The notes under the pieces: generated by a model
What the model was told of the DNA's origin: nothing
What the model saw: only the letters and a program-made list of their open reading frames with translations
The model's database searches: none
Assembly: GCA_030264375.1 (NCBI GenBank)
Contig: JASCQW010000132.1
Coordinates: 66,680,014-66,744,013, forward strand
Direction: 5' to 3'
DNA length: 64,000 nucleotides
Origin: Carcharhinus longimanus
Taxonomy: Eukaryota
Made by a program: the position numbers and the translations under genes
Shown: one piece after another, positions 36,911-49,885 of the stretch
Position numbering within the stretch: position 1 is the stretch's first letter
Layout: the number at the start of each line of letters is the position of its first letter

Positions 36911-37255
36911 AATATCCATTATTTTAATATCCTATCCATCACTTAATTTCACCTGTTGAATTTGTCCTTTTTTGTTCCTACATGATTCTCACATGTTTCT
37001 ACATTTTTAAGCTGATTTAATTTTTCAATGTCGATCACACTGCATTCAATCTTTAGGCAGCAAACATGTTTCTTCAGTGAATTATTAATATTATTATTGT
37101 TTTTATTGTTATTGTTATTGCAAGGCACAAGTCAGGAGTGCAATGGAATACTCTCCATTTGCTTGGATGAATGCAGCTCCAATAACATTCAATAAGCTTA
37201 ACACATTCCATGACAAAGAAGCCCACTTGATTGGTATCACATCCAGCACAAATCT

Positions 37256-38262
37256 GATACAAAATGGGTTTGCCAGTAGGAGACAGAAGGTTGTTTTTCA
37301 GACTGGATGCCTGTGACCAGAGGTATGCCGCAGGAATCAGTGCTGAGTCCACTGTTGTTTGTCACATATGAACAATTTGGATGACAATATAGAAGGCAAG
37401 GATAGACACCAAATTGGTGGTGTAATGGACAGTGAAGAAGTTTATCTAAGATGACAGTGGGATCTTGTAATAACTGGCCCATTGGGTGGAGGAGTGGCAG
37501 ATGGAGTTTAATTCAGATAAATGTGAGGTATTGCATTTTGATATGAAAAACCAGGGCAGGACTTAGACAATTAATGGTGGGACCCTGGAGAGTGTTGTCA
37601 GAGAGACCTCGGGGTACATTGTTCCTTGAAAATGACATCACAGGTAGACAGAATGGTGAAGAAGGTGTTTGGCACACTCGCCTTCATTGGTCAGGACATT
37701 GAGAACAGGAGTTGGGATATTATGTTCCAACTGGAGTACTGCATACAATTCTGGTCACCCTGCTATAGGAAGGATGTTATTAAACTGGAAAGGGGCAAAA
37801 AAGATTTACAAGGATGTTACCAGGACTGGAAGATTTGAATTATAAGGAGAAGTTGGATAGGCTGGGACTTTTTTCCCTGGAGTGCAGGAGGATAAGGGGT
37901 GACCGTATAGAGGTTTATAAACTCATGAGGGGTATAGATAAGGTGAATAGCCAAGGTCCTTTCCCCAGGGTAAGGGGAGTCCAAAACTAGAGGGCAGAGG
38001 GTTAAGGTGAGGGGGGAGAGGTTTAAAAGGGATCTGAGGGGCAACTTTTTCACACAGAGAGTGGTGTGCGTATGGAATGAGCTGCCAGAGGAGGTGGTAG
38101 AGGTGGGTAAATTACAACATTTAAAAGACATTTGGACGGGTACATGGATGGGAAAGGTTTAGAGGGATAGGGGCCAAACACAGGCAAATGGGACTTCAGT
38201 TTAGGAAGCCTGGTCGGCATGGACAAGTTGGGCCGAAGGGCCTGTTTCTGCGCTGTATATCT
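37256..38262 (+). mobile_element. CR1 (HER1-like) LINE 3' 1 kb
   Basis: VTRGMPQESVLSPLLF, WQMEFNSDKCEVLHF, LEYCIQFWSPCYRKDVIKLE, FFTQRVVCVWNELP, plus tail. Confidence 0.92.
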
Positions 38263-38269
38263 TTTTGAG

Positions 38270-38778
38270 GTTTATTTATTAGTGTCACAAGTAGGTTTAC
38301 ATTAACACTGCAATGAAGTTACTGAAAATCCCTAATCGCCACACTCTACAGTCTGTTTGGGTGCACTGAGGGAGAATTTAACACAGCCAATGTACCCTAA
38401 CCAGCATGTCTTTCAGACTTTTGGGAGGAAACCGGAACACCCGGAAGAAAGCCACGCAAACACGGGGAGAATGTGCTGACTCACAGAATCATAGAATCCT
38501 ATAGTACAGTAGGAGGCCATTCAGCCCAGCGAGTCTGCATCAACCACAATTCCACCCTGGCTCTATCCCCATAGCCCTACGCATTTACCCTAGTTAATCC
38601 ACCTGACACTATGGGGTAATTTAGCACGGCCAATCCACCTCCCCCTAACCAGAGCACCCGGAGGAAACCCATGCAGACACAGGGGAGAATGTGCAGAGTC
38701 CACATGGACAGTGACCCAAGCCGGGTATCGAACCGGGCGCCGAGGCAGCAGCGCTAACCACTATGCCAGCGTGCCACT
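38270..38778 (-). mobile_element. Two adjacent or nested V-SINEs (tail B, then tail A)
   Basis: 38270-38485 has tail B and a V-core; 38487-38778 begins with the agaatcatagaatcc tail A. Confidence 0.85.
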
Positions 38779-39646
38779 CTTTAACACTATGAAATCTGAA
38801 CAGAAAGGTTTGCTGGGGAAAATAACACCCTCCCAAAAGAAAATTAACGACAGACAGCGAGAATAAATGACGAAAACCGTCTACTTGTGGGTGATTCCAA
38901 CATCTAAAGCCCCTCGATTATGTTCCACACTGTACTTCACCATCTGCTATCCCCCATACAATAAGCAATGCCATTACACTCTGAGTGTATGGTGCTACGG
39001 AGCCCAGTGCTAAAAAAAATCTTTAGTTTCAACATTTCTCCATTTGGATTGGACTTTTGACATAGCCTGGTCATCCAGGGCAAAAACAAAAATGCTGCAC
39101 AGATTATTATAATCTCAGGACGTATCCCCCAGTTTGCCAAGTTATTCACGACTCTCTTTGTATTTATAAACACACACACACTCATGCTGGGAATTTATAT
39201 ATATATATAAAAACAGGCTCCCTGAGATCAATCATCTAGAAATGTGAGTGGGTGGGAAATAATCCAGGTGAACAGGCCCTGAGGTGGGGGGGGGTGTGGG
39301 TGAGAGTGGGGAGGGAGGAGGCAATGATTCAGCTCCCCATTTGGGCATAGGTTGAACCCCTTTTGCTTTGGCGCCATCCCTGTACTATCCAGCATGGTGA
39401 CACAATGGTTATAGTGCTGCTGCCTCACAGTGCCAGGTACCTGGTTCAATTCCCAGCTTGGGTCACTCTCTGTACGGAGTCTGCAAGTTGTTCCCCCCAT
39501 CCCTCCCACCCCTAACCCTCTCCCCACCCCCCTCCCACCCCATCCCNNNNNNNNNNNNNNNNNNNNNNNNNNNNNNNNNNNNNNNNNNNNNNNNNNNNNN
39601 NNNNNNNNNNNNNNNNNNNNNNNNNNNNNNNNNNNNNNNNNNNNNN

Positions 39647-40330
39647 GGGTGACATTATAGTGGCTCATAAAATCTTGAGGGGCGCAGTAAGGTGAATAGC
39701 CAAGGTCTTTTCCTTAAGGTAGGGGAGTCTAAAACTAGGGAGCATAGTTTTAAAGTGAGAGGGGAAAAATTTTAAAAGGGACCTAAGGGGCAGCTTTTTC
39801 ATATTGAGGGCAGTGTGTATGTGGAATGAACTACCAGAGGAGGTAAAGTTAAAAAAAGTTTATTTATAAGTCACAAGTAGGCTCACATTAACACTGCAAC
39901 AAAGTTACTGTGAATATCTCCCAGTTGCCACACTCTGGCACCTGTTCGGGTACATGGAGGGAGAATTTAGCATGGCCAATGCACCTAACCAGCACGTCTT
40001 TCAGGAGGAAACCGGAGCAGCCAGAGGAAACCCACGCAAGCATCGAGAGACTGTACAGACTTCGCACAGATAGTGACCCAAGCTGGAAATCGAATCTGGG
40101 TACCTGGCACTGAGAAGCAGCAATGCTAACCACTGTGCCACTATCGTGGTAGAGTTAGGTACAATTAAATTATTATAAACATTTAGAAGACATTTGGACT
40201 GGTATATGGATGGGAAAGGTTTAAAGGAATGTGGGCCAAATGCAGGCAAATTGGACTAGTTTAGTTTAGGAAACCTGGTGGGCATGGACAAGTTAGGCTG
40301 AAAGATTCTCTGCTGCATATCTCTATGACT
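39647..40330 (+). mobile_element. CR1 3' end interrupted by a minus-strand V-SINE (39855-40143)
   Basis: CR1 sequence breaks at ccagaggaggta and resumes at gtggtagagttaggtacaatt. Confidence 0.88.
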
Positions 40331-40983
40331 ATCAGTTTTCTTCTTTGCTACTGTCAAAAATGTTTTAGTCACAGAATATAGTTCATGGACTAGGAACATT
40401 CCAGAAGAATGTGTGTTTTTTCAAAAAACAAAGTGTCTTTAAGAGTTATCATAAGGATTTTTATTGCTGCAGTTCTTGGAAAAAACAACAGAAAAGTAAT
40501 TAAGCAGTTTTACTGAAGCTGTAAATCCTTTAACCCAAATGGTCTATATACAAGAAGGTGACAAGGTTATGGCATTGAAAATAATTCATGCCTCGATTAT
40601 TTAAACAGCTGGTAGTTTGATTTTCCTTTGCGGGGAATAACAAGAAGGATCAACTGTTTGGGTAAAAAGACAATTCCTGAAACCCGATTTGCAGTCGAAA
40701 GTAAAAAGTGAATCCAAGTTGCTCTGATATAACTCTGGTTTCTGAATTCAACTAACTACACTGCCTGAAAAGTAGTGCCAGAGTCATCAATTGTTTGTCT
40801 GATGTATGTGTGTCTATGTCTGTGTGTGTGTGAGAGAGAGTATGTGTTGGTAAGAGAGAGTGGTTGGGGTTTTACAGCCTGGCTCATTCCGAAACCGTAA
40901 AATTCCACTTGAGGTCAAAGGAACTTTCTATGGTCCACTCCTCGCCCGCTCCAATTCCCACGGACGGGATGGTAAAATTCCAG

Positions 40984-40987
<4 letters not shown>

Positions 40988-41022
<35 letters not shown>
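40988..41022. repeat. (TG)n microsatellite
   Basis: Uninterrupted tg run. Confidence 0.95.
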
Positions 41023-41025
<3 letters not shown>

Positions 41026-41704
41026 AGAGAGTGTGTATGCGTGTTTGAGTGAGAAAGTTAGGGTAATTATTATACTTTTACATTTCACATTATATGTTGA
41101 TCAGCTTTGCCTTCTATTTGACAAATCTGATTTTATAATAAAGTAATCATTTTGTTGTTTATCAAAAGAACCTGGGCATCAAGCCGCCATTCTGAGATTA
41201 ATAGATAAAGCAGATTGTTGGCCATCTAGCTAGCTGGAGAAATCTTAAATGTATGTTGTGATCCACAGAGTAGTGAAATTATGGACAGACAATGCACTTC
41301 TAACAACTCGGTTGTCATACTATTCACTCGTTAAAGCTCTTCAGTTGTCAGAATAGTCTCTATTCTGTAAAAGTTCAAAATGATACTTTCAAGTAAAATA
41401 ATAGATTTTGCTCCAAAATGAAGTGAGTACACAATTTAACAATTAGTAGAAATATTCTGAACACTTTTTGCCTAATAATTCAGTACTAAAATGACATAAA
41501 CATAGTGTGATTTTTAAAAATCATATTATAGATACTGTACAGCAAGAATATATCAGCATTGCAGGGAAAAGAAAATCTATACTGAAGCATGAGAAACATC
41601 TTCTAATAAACTGATACAGCGTGAGGACATCTTTGCATTGAAATAATCCAAAGACTAGGCAGAGAGAAGTGTTGAGCAAGCAGCTGTCATGTAAACACTG
41701 GGAA

Positions 41705-42052
41705 GGTGATGGCATTTAGTTCAGTATTGTTACTGGATCAGAGACCCTGGGAAATGCTCTGGGAACCTGGGTTCGAATCCCACCATGACAGGTAGTAAAA
41801 TTTGAATTCACTGAAAATCTGGAATTGAAATTCTAATGATGACCATTGTCAATTGTCATAAAAACCAATCTTGTTCACTAATGCCCTTTAGGGAACAACA
41901 TCTGGCATCCTCACCTGACCTGACTCCAAACCCAGTATAATGTAGTTGACTCTTAAATAACCTATTAAGCCACTTAGTTCAAGTGCAATCAGGGATGGAC
42001 AACAAATGCTGGCCCAGCCAGCGTTGCCCTCATCCAATGAATGAATTTTTAA
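41705..42052 (+). mobile_element. tRNA-derived SINE sharing its tail with the 3560-5313 LINE family
   Basis: B-box gggttcgaatccc at ~41770; tail agggatggacaacaaatgctggcccagccagcg...catccaatgaatgaa. Confidence 0.8.
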
Positions 42053-42118
42053 AAAGTGTGATCCAAAACAATAAAGACCAGTGTTGTTCCACTCCTAAAA
42101 GTATAGTTGGGAAGAAAT

Positions 42119-42437
42119 TCATAGAATCCTACAGTGCAGAAGGAGGCCATTCAGCCCATTGAGTCTGCAACGACCACAATCCCACCCAGGCCCTATCCCC
42201 ATAACCCCATTCATTTACCCTAACCAGTCCTCCTGACACTAAGGGACAATTTAACATGGCCAATTCACCTGACCCACACATCTTTGGACTGTGGGAGAAA
42301 ACTAGAGCCTAGTGGAAACCCACACAGACATGGGGAGAACATACAAACTTCACACAGACAGTGTCCCTAACTGGGAATCGAACCTGGGCCCCTGGTGGTG
42401 TGAGGCAGCAATGCTAACCACTATGCCATTGTGCCAG
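42119..42437 (-). mobile_element. V-SINE, full length
   Basis: catagaatcctacagtgcag tail, V-core and head. Confidence 0.9.
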
Positions 42438-42744
42438 CCACTGTGTTTTGAGCTGTGAGCTGTGTTTTTTCAGAGTCTATATGGATGGATGTAAACATCT
42501 TCAGAAAGCAGCTGCACTTACAATCAGAAGTGGAAGTATAGAGACTATTACCATCCTGAATTCATGAAGTTGGGAATGCATGTGAGTGCATGGCAAAACT
42601 GAAAATGACTCTCTTCCAATTTGTCAATTCAGGGAATTCAAATTCTAAAACAAATACAAACATTAAATCTAAAATGATCTAAGTGCTGATCCCTATATCT
42701 TTTTATTAATGATGTGGAGTTGCCGGCTTTGAACTGGGATAGTC

Positions 42745-43906
42745 ACAGTAAGTAGTCTCAAAACACTGGGTTAAATTCCAACAGGTTCATTTGATAACAC
42801 AAGCTTTTGGAGTGCTGCCCCTTCATCAGGTGAGTGAAGAGTTTGGTTCACAAACAGAGATAGACACAAACTCAATTGCAAGATAATGGTTGGAATGTGA
42901 GTCCTATCAGGTAATCAAGTCTTTACAGATGTAGACAATGTGAGTGGAGAGAGGGTTAAGCACAGGTTAAAGAGATGTGAATTCTCTCCATGCAGGACAG
43001 TTAGTGAGATTTTGCAAGCCCAGGCAAGTCGTGGAGGTTACAGATAGTGTGACATGAACCCCCAGAAGGGAGAAGCTACAACATCTTCTCTGGCGCCTTC
43101 AACATGTCATCGATGAAGACAAACATCTTGACAAGGCCATCCCCATTTCAAACAACCACGCAACCTCAAACAGACCATTGTCCACAGCAAACTACCCAGC
43201 CTTCAAGAGAACAGTGACCACGACACCACACAACCCTGCCACAGCAACCTCTGCAAGACGTGCCGGATCATCGACACGGATGCCATCATCTCACGTGAGA
43301 ATATCATCCATCAAGTACAAGGTACATACTCTTGTGATTGTGCCAACATTGTCTACCTGACACGCTGCAGGAAAGGATGTCCTAAAGCATGATATATTGG
43401 CAAGACCATACAGATTCTATGACAAAGGATGAATGGAGACTGCTTGACAATCACCAGGCAGGAGTGTGCCCTTCCTGTTGGGGAACACTTCAGCAGTCAA
43501 GGGAATTCAACCTCTGATCTTCGGGTAAGTATTCTCCAAAGTAGCCTTCACGACACACAAAAGAGTCGCTGAGCAGAAACTGATNNNNNNNNNNNNNNNN
43601 NNNNNNNNNNNNNNNNNNNNNNNNNNNNNNCCTGGGCTTGCAAAATCTCACTGACTGGCTGGAGACAATTCACATCTCTTTAACCTGTGCTTAACCCACT
43701 CCCCACTCACATTGTCTGCATCTGTAAAGACTTGATTACCTGTTAAGACTCACATTCCAACCATTATTTTGTAAATTGTGTCTGTGTCTATATATGCTCT
43801 GCTTGTGAACTGAACTCTTCACTCACCTAATGAAGGGGCAGTGCTTTGAAAACTTGTGCTGCCAGATAAACCTGTTGGACTTAACCTGGTGTTGTGAGAC
43901 TACTTA
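42745..43906 (+). mobile_element. Penelope-like element: GIY-YIG endonuclease fragment between ~280-bp inverted pLTRs with hammerhead cores
   Basis: PCHSNLCKTCRII..GTYSCDCANIVYLTRCRKGCPKA.YIGKT..L..RMN..PVGEHFS..AEQKLI. 42750-43025 is the reverse complement of 43631-43906. Confidence 0.9.
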
Positions 43907-43964
43907 TTATTTTTATTAATGCCATCTTATTCTTTTCTTGAAGTAGCACTGAAGTAGCAACTCA

Positions 43965-44280
43965 CCAAGGCTCCTTTGAAATTACCTTCTTCTACCACCT
44001 AGAGGGACAAGGGGAGCAGATACATGGAAACACCCCACCTGCATGTTCCCCTCCAAGTCACTGACCATCCTGACTTGGAAATATATCGCTGTTCCTTCAA
44101 TGTCGCTGGGTCAAAATCCTAGAACTTCTTTCTGAACAGTGCTGTGGGTGTACTACACCATATGGACTTCAGCAGTTCAAAATGGCAGCTCATCACCACC
44201 TTCACAAGGGCAATTAGGGATGGGCAACAAATGCTGGCCAAGCCAGTGACGCTGATGTCCCGTGAATAAGTAAAATAAAG
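43965..44280 (+). mobile_element. LINE 3' tail (family of 3560-5313)
   Basis: Direct match to 4970-5300. Confidence 0.8.
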
Positions 44281-44834
44281 AATGTGTTGATTATGCTGAA
44301 ATGTTAACTAAGGCTATCAAACTGTTAATAACTCCAATCTCTAGGTTTTCAAAAAGATTGCTGTGGGATTACTACCAGTGTTTTGTTTCTATCCATTCAT
44401 TTGATGTGGGTGTTGTACCACTCCCAGCATTTATTGCCTTACCACAGATGGCAGCACCATTTTTCCTATTCCAAAAGGCATATTTTTGGATATATTTAGT
44501 GTATAATTTGACCGCCTTTATCAGCCGTCAGCCATACTATTACTTGCATTAGCAGTCAGTCTCAATTTTTGGCCCTGCAACTACAAGTTTCACTTATCAG
44601 TATCTTACAACTCAATGCAAATATTTAGTTTGAAACTCCTTCAACTGCCCCAGATATGACTCATCAGAGCATTGATCCCAATACAGTTCAAGTGAGGATT
44701 GTTCCGATAGTACAGCAAACACTTTCCTAGTATTGCTGCCAATGCCCCATGAGTTGAAATCTAATTTTCCTACACTAATCTTTGAGCCACACATTTAACT
44801 CTTTAATCTTCTTTACTTTTTTGACAATTTGCTT

Positions 44835-45540
44835 GTGGCTGAGGTAATAATCCAGAGACAATTACCTTTGAGGTTTTGGCCTTTAGCTTAACCCCTAGCT
44901 GCTCAAAGTCCTTAAGGAAAACTTTTTCCTCATCCTACCTATAGTGTTGGAACCTATGTGGGCCACGACCATTGGATCACTGTCCTCCCACTGTGAGACT
45001 GTGAGTTCCTGTCCAGCCTGAGCAGGTGTCTCGAATGTGGCACCAGGCAGGCAACATAGCCTTTTTGACTCTTACTCTTGGCTGCGAGAACAGTATCTAT
45101 GTCCCTGGATATACTGTCCCCTGCTATCAATACATACCTATTAACTCTTCCTGTTTGGATGGTTTCCTATACCATGGTACCCTGGCCAACTTGTTTACCC
45201 AGCCTGCAGCTCCTACTTTCATCCATACAAGTTGCAAGATCCTCACTGCTGCTGAACAGTTGCATAGGCTGGGACTCCTCCACTTCTACCTTCTCTTGTT
45301 ACCCCTGCTTGCCCCTCCAGTCTCTAACCATTGATCAGATCAGAAGACTCTATTCGAAGGGATAACCTCTTGGAATAAAGTACCAGATAACATTCTTCCC
45401 CCTGCTGCATCACAGTGCCTGAAGCTCAGCCTCACCTCAACAATTCCAAACTCCTGAAACTGTGGACACTTATTGCCGGTATGTTTATCCTGGATCATAC
45501 CAGTATCCACCATCTCCCACATGCTATAGTTTAACATATC
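44835..45540 (-). mobile_element. CR1 ORF1 (SGNH esterase-type) remnant
   Basis: Minus-strand IAGDSISRDIDTV, CCLPGA, DPMVVAHIGSNTIGRMRKKVFLKDFEQLGVKLKAKTSKV and SGLLPQP motifs. Confidence 0.75.
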
Positions 45541-46049
45541 ACTTGCCCTGCCAACTTTATTATGTGTTAATTCATAATTAATAAACTCTACTACTTCTAA
45601 TAAACTTTACCAAAGCTAGGAAACCTTATTACTATTAATGAAACCTTAATATTAGTAACAAGTTACACAAATAAATGAGAAAAATANNNNNNNNNNGTCA
45701 CTTATCCATTTTCCTGAGATAGAAGTCATAGAATCCCTACAGTGCAGAAAGAGGCCATTCAGCCCATCGAGTCTGCACCAATGCCACACTTTGATCTCTA
45801 GATCAACAAGTCTACAGAGTTGACTTTATCGCTTTTCAACTCTCATTCAATCTTTCCCTCACTGGGTCTTTTACTCTCACCAGACCTCTCCCTCTGACTG
45901 GGTCCTTTCCTCTCACTGGATCTCTCCTTCTTGCCGGGTCTCTCCCTTGCACACTGCTTTCGAATTACCAGCAAATTTCCTGCGGGCATTTTTGTGCATG
46001 TTCATGATAACAGTTGGATGGATGAGGATGGAGTTAGACTGTGGGACGA

Positions 46050-46370
46050 TTGCCAAATTCCCTTTTTGATCTGTTGCAGTCTGTATGGTGTTGGGACATG
46101 TATAATGCTGGTTGGTAGGAAGTTCTAGGATTTTGACCCAGCTACAGTGAAGCACAGTGATATATTTCCAAGGATAGTGTACCACCTGCAGCAAATTTCC
46201 AGGTGGTAGCATTCCCAGCTACCTGTTGTTTTTACTCTTCTAGATGGCAAAGGTTGGGAGTTTGGAAGATGCTGTCAAAGTCTTGGCAAGTTGCTACAGT
46301 TAATTCTGTAGATGTTACACACTGCTGCCATTGTGCGCTAGTGGTTGAGGGATTGAATGTATAAAGTGAA
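46050..46370 (-). mobile_element. LINE 3' tail (family of 3560-5313)
   Basis: Reverse match to the 4930-5230 region. Confidence 0.7.
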
Positions 46371-47465
46371 CAGGAGTGCCACCAAGAATACATTTTGCCA
46401 ATAGTGATGTGCTGGTATTCACAAATGTCAGTATTTTAAATCATAGCTTTGTTTATTCCTGTTGCACAGAATATACAGAGAATTCATGAGAATTCATATT
46501 TATAAATTTGATAATAGACATCCATTTAAAATATGCCAGTGCTGCACAACTTCAATATAACTTCATGGCTTTGAACTGACCTTCATTTGGAATATTGCTT
46601 TCTGACAGATCTTACATTGCAGTAAGATTGATTTTGTATTTCAGACACTCAGAGAGCATGCTGATTGTCATTGATTAATAATGTACCTGCATATTCGTGA
46701 CAAATAATTACACAGCTATATTTTCTATCAGTTAATAGTTCTTTGTTTGAGCCAACAGGCTGCAATTTAATTATAAAACACTCAAGTTAGTTGTCCCTAA
46801 TAATTGCAGAGTTTAATGGTTAGAGTGCCAATCCTGTTTGTTCATGTGGAGCACACTGCCACCCGCAGGAAGTTGTTATATTTTCTCATTCAATGTGGTA
46901 ACAATCAAACTGCATTTCTTGAATTTAAAAGTCATGTTCTTTTACAAAGCTGCTTAATTTTAATTTTAAAGGACTCAAATATAATTTTATAGTTGAAATG
47001 AATGAATTAAATTTACAAAATGTTAACTAGAAAAATGGTCCTTTCATCTAAGGTGATGTGAATGTTCTTATTTCCTGAAGATGATAAATTTCTAAATTGT
47101 CTATGAATTCTATGAACATTCATACTACTGCTTATGATTTCTGATTTTGGGATTGTCCTAGTCAGCATTAACTAAGGGGAAATGTGGTGATGGCGGTGTG
47201 GTGAAGTGGGGAAGGGAGTTGGGGATGATGGTGGGGTAAGGTGAAGGGGAGGGTATTCAGTAAGTTTATATTTAAAAACAATTGGTAGAAGAAAAAGACC
47301 TTCTTGACACAACCTTTACTGTAAATCAACCCCCATCCCAATCCTACACTTATTATAAGTTATTGGCAGAATGATGTAAATTTCAGAGCAGTTTCAAGAC
47401 ATCCAGCCAAGTCCACAACAGTGGGGTCAGTATTGGAGGCATTCACGTAGAGGTTAGTACACCAT

Positions 47466-47583
47466 GGGCTGGAATTTTACCCGTCACGGGAGTCAGAGCG
47501 GGCAAGGGGTGGAGCATGGGAAGGTCCTTTGACGTAGGGTGGGATTTTACAGTTTCGGGATGGGCAAGGCTGTAAATCCTGCC
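47466..47583. mobile_element. Non-autonomous MITE (~120 bp) with GGG..RATTTT terminal inverted repeats; representative copy
   Basis: Related copies at ~23195-23305, 25944-26074, 29035-29187, 30971-31075, 32524-32635, 40862-40985 and 52699-52824. Longer relatives at 27135-27300, 55040-55415 and 63439-63627. Confidence 0.7.
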
Positions 47584-48199
47584 ATACCTCTACCCATTGG
47601 AAGTTTGCACACAAGTACCACAGGTGCACGTGCTTTGAGATGTCCTCTGGGCTCTGATGTGCAGTGGCACAAATGTCTGAACATACGGCTGCTACTTTCC
47701 GTCCCATTGCCTGAACTAAATTCACTTGTCACAGTAAATTTGTATGTCATATTATACTTTGCTCTGCATGGTTGAATGATTTCACGATGCACAGCGGGTG
47801 CTGCTGAATATTCCTTCGGGCAGTCAAATCTCATTAAGTGTCCTCTAGCTGAACTTTAAAGGATCCATTGATTTGTACAGGATCTGGCAGCAGGAAGTCC
47901 AAGCAGCCTTCCCAATAACAATTAAGCAAACTAAATTCCTCACCACCTAGAATTAAATTAAGTGGAACACTAAGCATTCTTAAATGGTACCGACAGGGCA
48001 TGTCTAAACATATTATCTAACTCCCTGTGCTGATCGTGCTGTGGACATTTTGTTTTTGAAAAGAAAAGCACATCAATGTTTCTCTGCATTAAGACAGCAA
48101 ATGTAATTTCACCATAAAACAGCATGCAGTAGTTATGTGTTTGTGCCCTATTACAGCTAGTTAGATACATTAGGAATATGCCCACATTTCCCACAGGAC

Positions 48200-48527
48200 A
48201 GATGGAGTCCATTTGGCTCATTGGGTCTCCACTGGCTCTCTGAAAGAGCATCTTACCCACCCCACCCTATCCTTGTAACCCTGCACATTTACCGTGGTTA
48301 ATCTATCTAACCTACACATGTTGGGACACTAAGGGGAAATTTATCACGGCTAGTCCACTTAACCTGCACTTCTTTGGACCGTGGGAGGAAACTGGTGCAT
48401 CTGGAGGAAACCCACGCAAACAGAGGAGAATGTCCAAGCTCAATACAGACAGTGACCCGAGGTCGGAATTGAACCCAGATCCCTGGCATTGTGGGGCAAC
48501 GGTGCAAAATATTGTGCTACCATGCCA
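48200..48527 (-). mobile_element. V-SINE
   Basis: V-core and tRNA head on the minus strand. Confidence 0.85.
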
Positions 48528-48959
48528 TATAGTTTACTTACGTGCCATAAACCAGTTATTGTTTGAACATGCCAACATCTCAACAATTATTCCTCAGCTA
48601 AACTAATTAATATGCAACACCTATGGCTGCAGGGCCACCTAGGTTCCTTTCTTCTCCCTGGAGTTGTGTACACTTCTGCATGGAGAAAAAGCAGAGAGTT
48701 ATGATTGTGAGAGATGGATTGTGTGGCGAGGACGGAAGGACGTTGGTGGTGGGTAATTGTGAGGGATGGCTATGAGATGCCTATTAGGTAAGGGTTAGTG
48801 TGCATGTTAGCTATTCAGATGGGGATATGAGGTGCCTGGAGAGAGAAAGGAATGGGTAGCAGCTGCAATGTGTGTTTGGTTGAGGAGTGCTGTGCAGGAA
48901 AATGCTGGGGAAGTCAGAATGTGAGGTGTGATTCTCACAAGTGAACGTAGCTAACCTTT

Positions 48960-49170
48960 CCTCCCCACAAGAGGTCATTGAACCTCTTGTGGTACTGAAT
49001 CTAATTCTGTGTATGTGAAGATGGTGAGTGGAGTGGCAGATGGTGGGCAATCCTGCTGCTCACTTCCTCAGTGACTTCCAACGATGCCTGTTTGGTCCAA
49101 GCAGCTGGTCTTACCTCCTGACCTCAGGAAGCAGCACTTCACTGCTGCCCCTCACAGCCCTCATCATAAC
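48960..49170 (-). mobile_element. Harbinger Myb/SANT-like ORF2 remnant
   Basis: Minus-strand RAVRGSSEVLLPEVRR.RPAAWTKQASLEVTEEVSSR...IQYHKRFNDL resembles the trihelix W.EVAEEV...QCRKRFNDL motif. Confidence 0.65.
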
Positions 49171-49534
49171 ATTCAGGTAAGAGTCAGAGGATATTGTACT
49201 TGCATTGCTGTGGTTGCTGAAGCCTCACAGACCAATCTAGTGAACAATTCTGACCCCCTGCCAGGGTCCCTTTAACTAGAAATCCTTCCATTCTGCTTCT
49301 GGGTTCATCATCAAGCCTGCATCCTGCGATTGGAAGTGGGATGCTAATGGTGTAACTGACTTAAAGAACCACAAAGCCTTCTCCGCAAAAATAAAAACAT
49401 GTTCCCTAACTGCTGCCAGCTCCCCACAGTGAGTTGATACATTGGAATTAGATGTACTAAAAGTGGAACTTGTTTATACACAGAGTGGGTCGAGATGACA
49501 TGAGTCAGTAATATCAGTAGAAAAGGGAAAATAA

Positions 49535-49885
49535 AGTTTATTTATTAGTCACAAGTAGGCTTACATTCATAAGAAAATAAGAAACATAAGAAGTAGGAGC
49601 AGGAGTAGGCCATCTAGCCCTTCGAGCCTACCCCGCACACTGCAATGAAGTTACTGTGAAAATCCCCCAGTCGCCACACTCTGGCACCCATTCGGGTACA
49701 CTGAGGGAGAATTTAGCATGGCCAATGCACCTAACCAGCACGTGTTTCAAACTGTGAGTGGAAACTGGAGCACCCGGAGTAAACCCATGGAGAACGTGCA
49801 GACTTCCCAAAGACAGAAACCCAAGCTACAAATCAAACCCAGGTCCTTGGCATTGTGAGGCAGCAGTACTAACCACTGTGCCATC
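49535..49885 (-). mobile_element. V-SINE (tail B) containing a ~68-bp CR1 tail insertion
   Basis: Consensus ttacattaacactgcaatg is split at ~49568-49636 by aagaaacataagaagtaggagcaggagtaggccatctagccc. Confidence 0.85.

Noticed and set aside
41760-41790. tRNA-like B-box (gggttcgaatccc) here and in the V-SINE heads
   Set aside because: These are SINE heads; there is no complete cloverleaf.
47185-47255. G-tract clusters (also ~39280-39320 and 39495-39546) as G-quadruplexes
   Set aside because: Low-complexity sequence common in such genomes, with no functional context.
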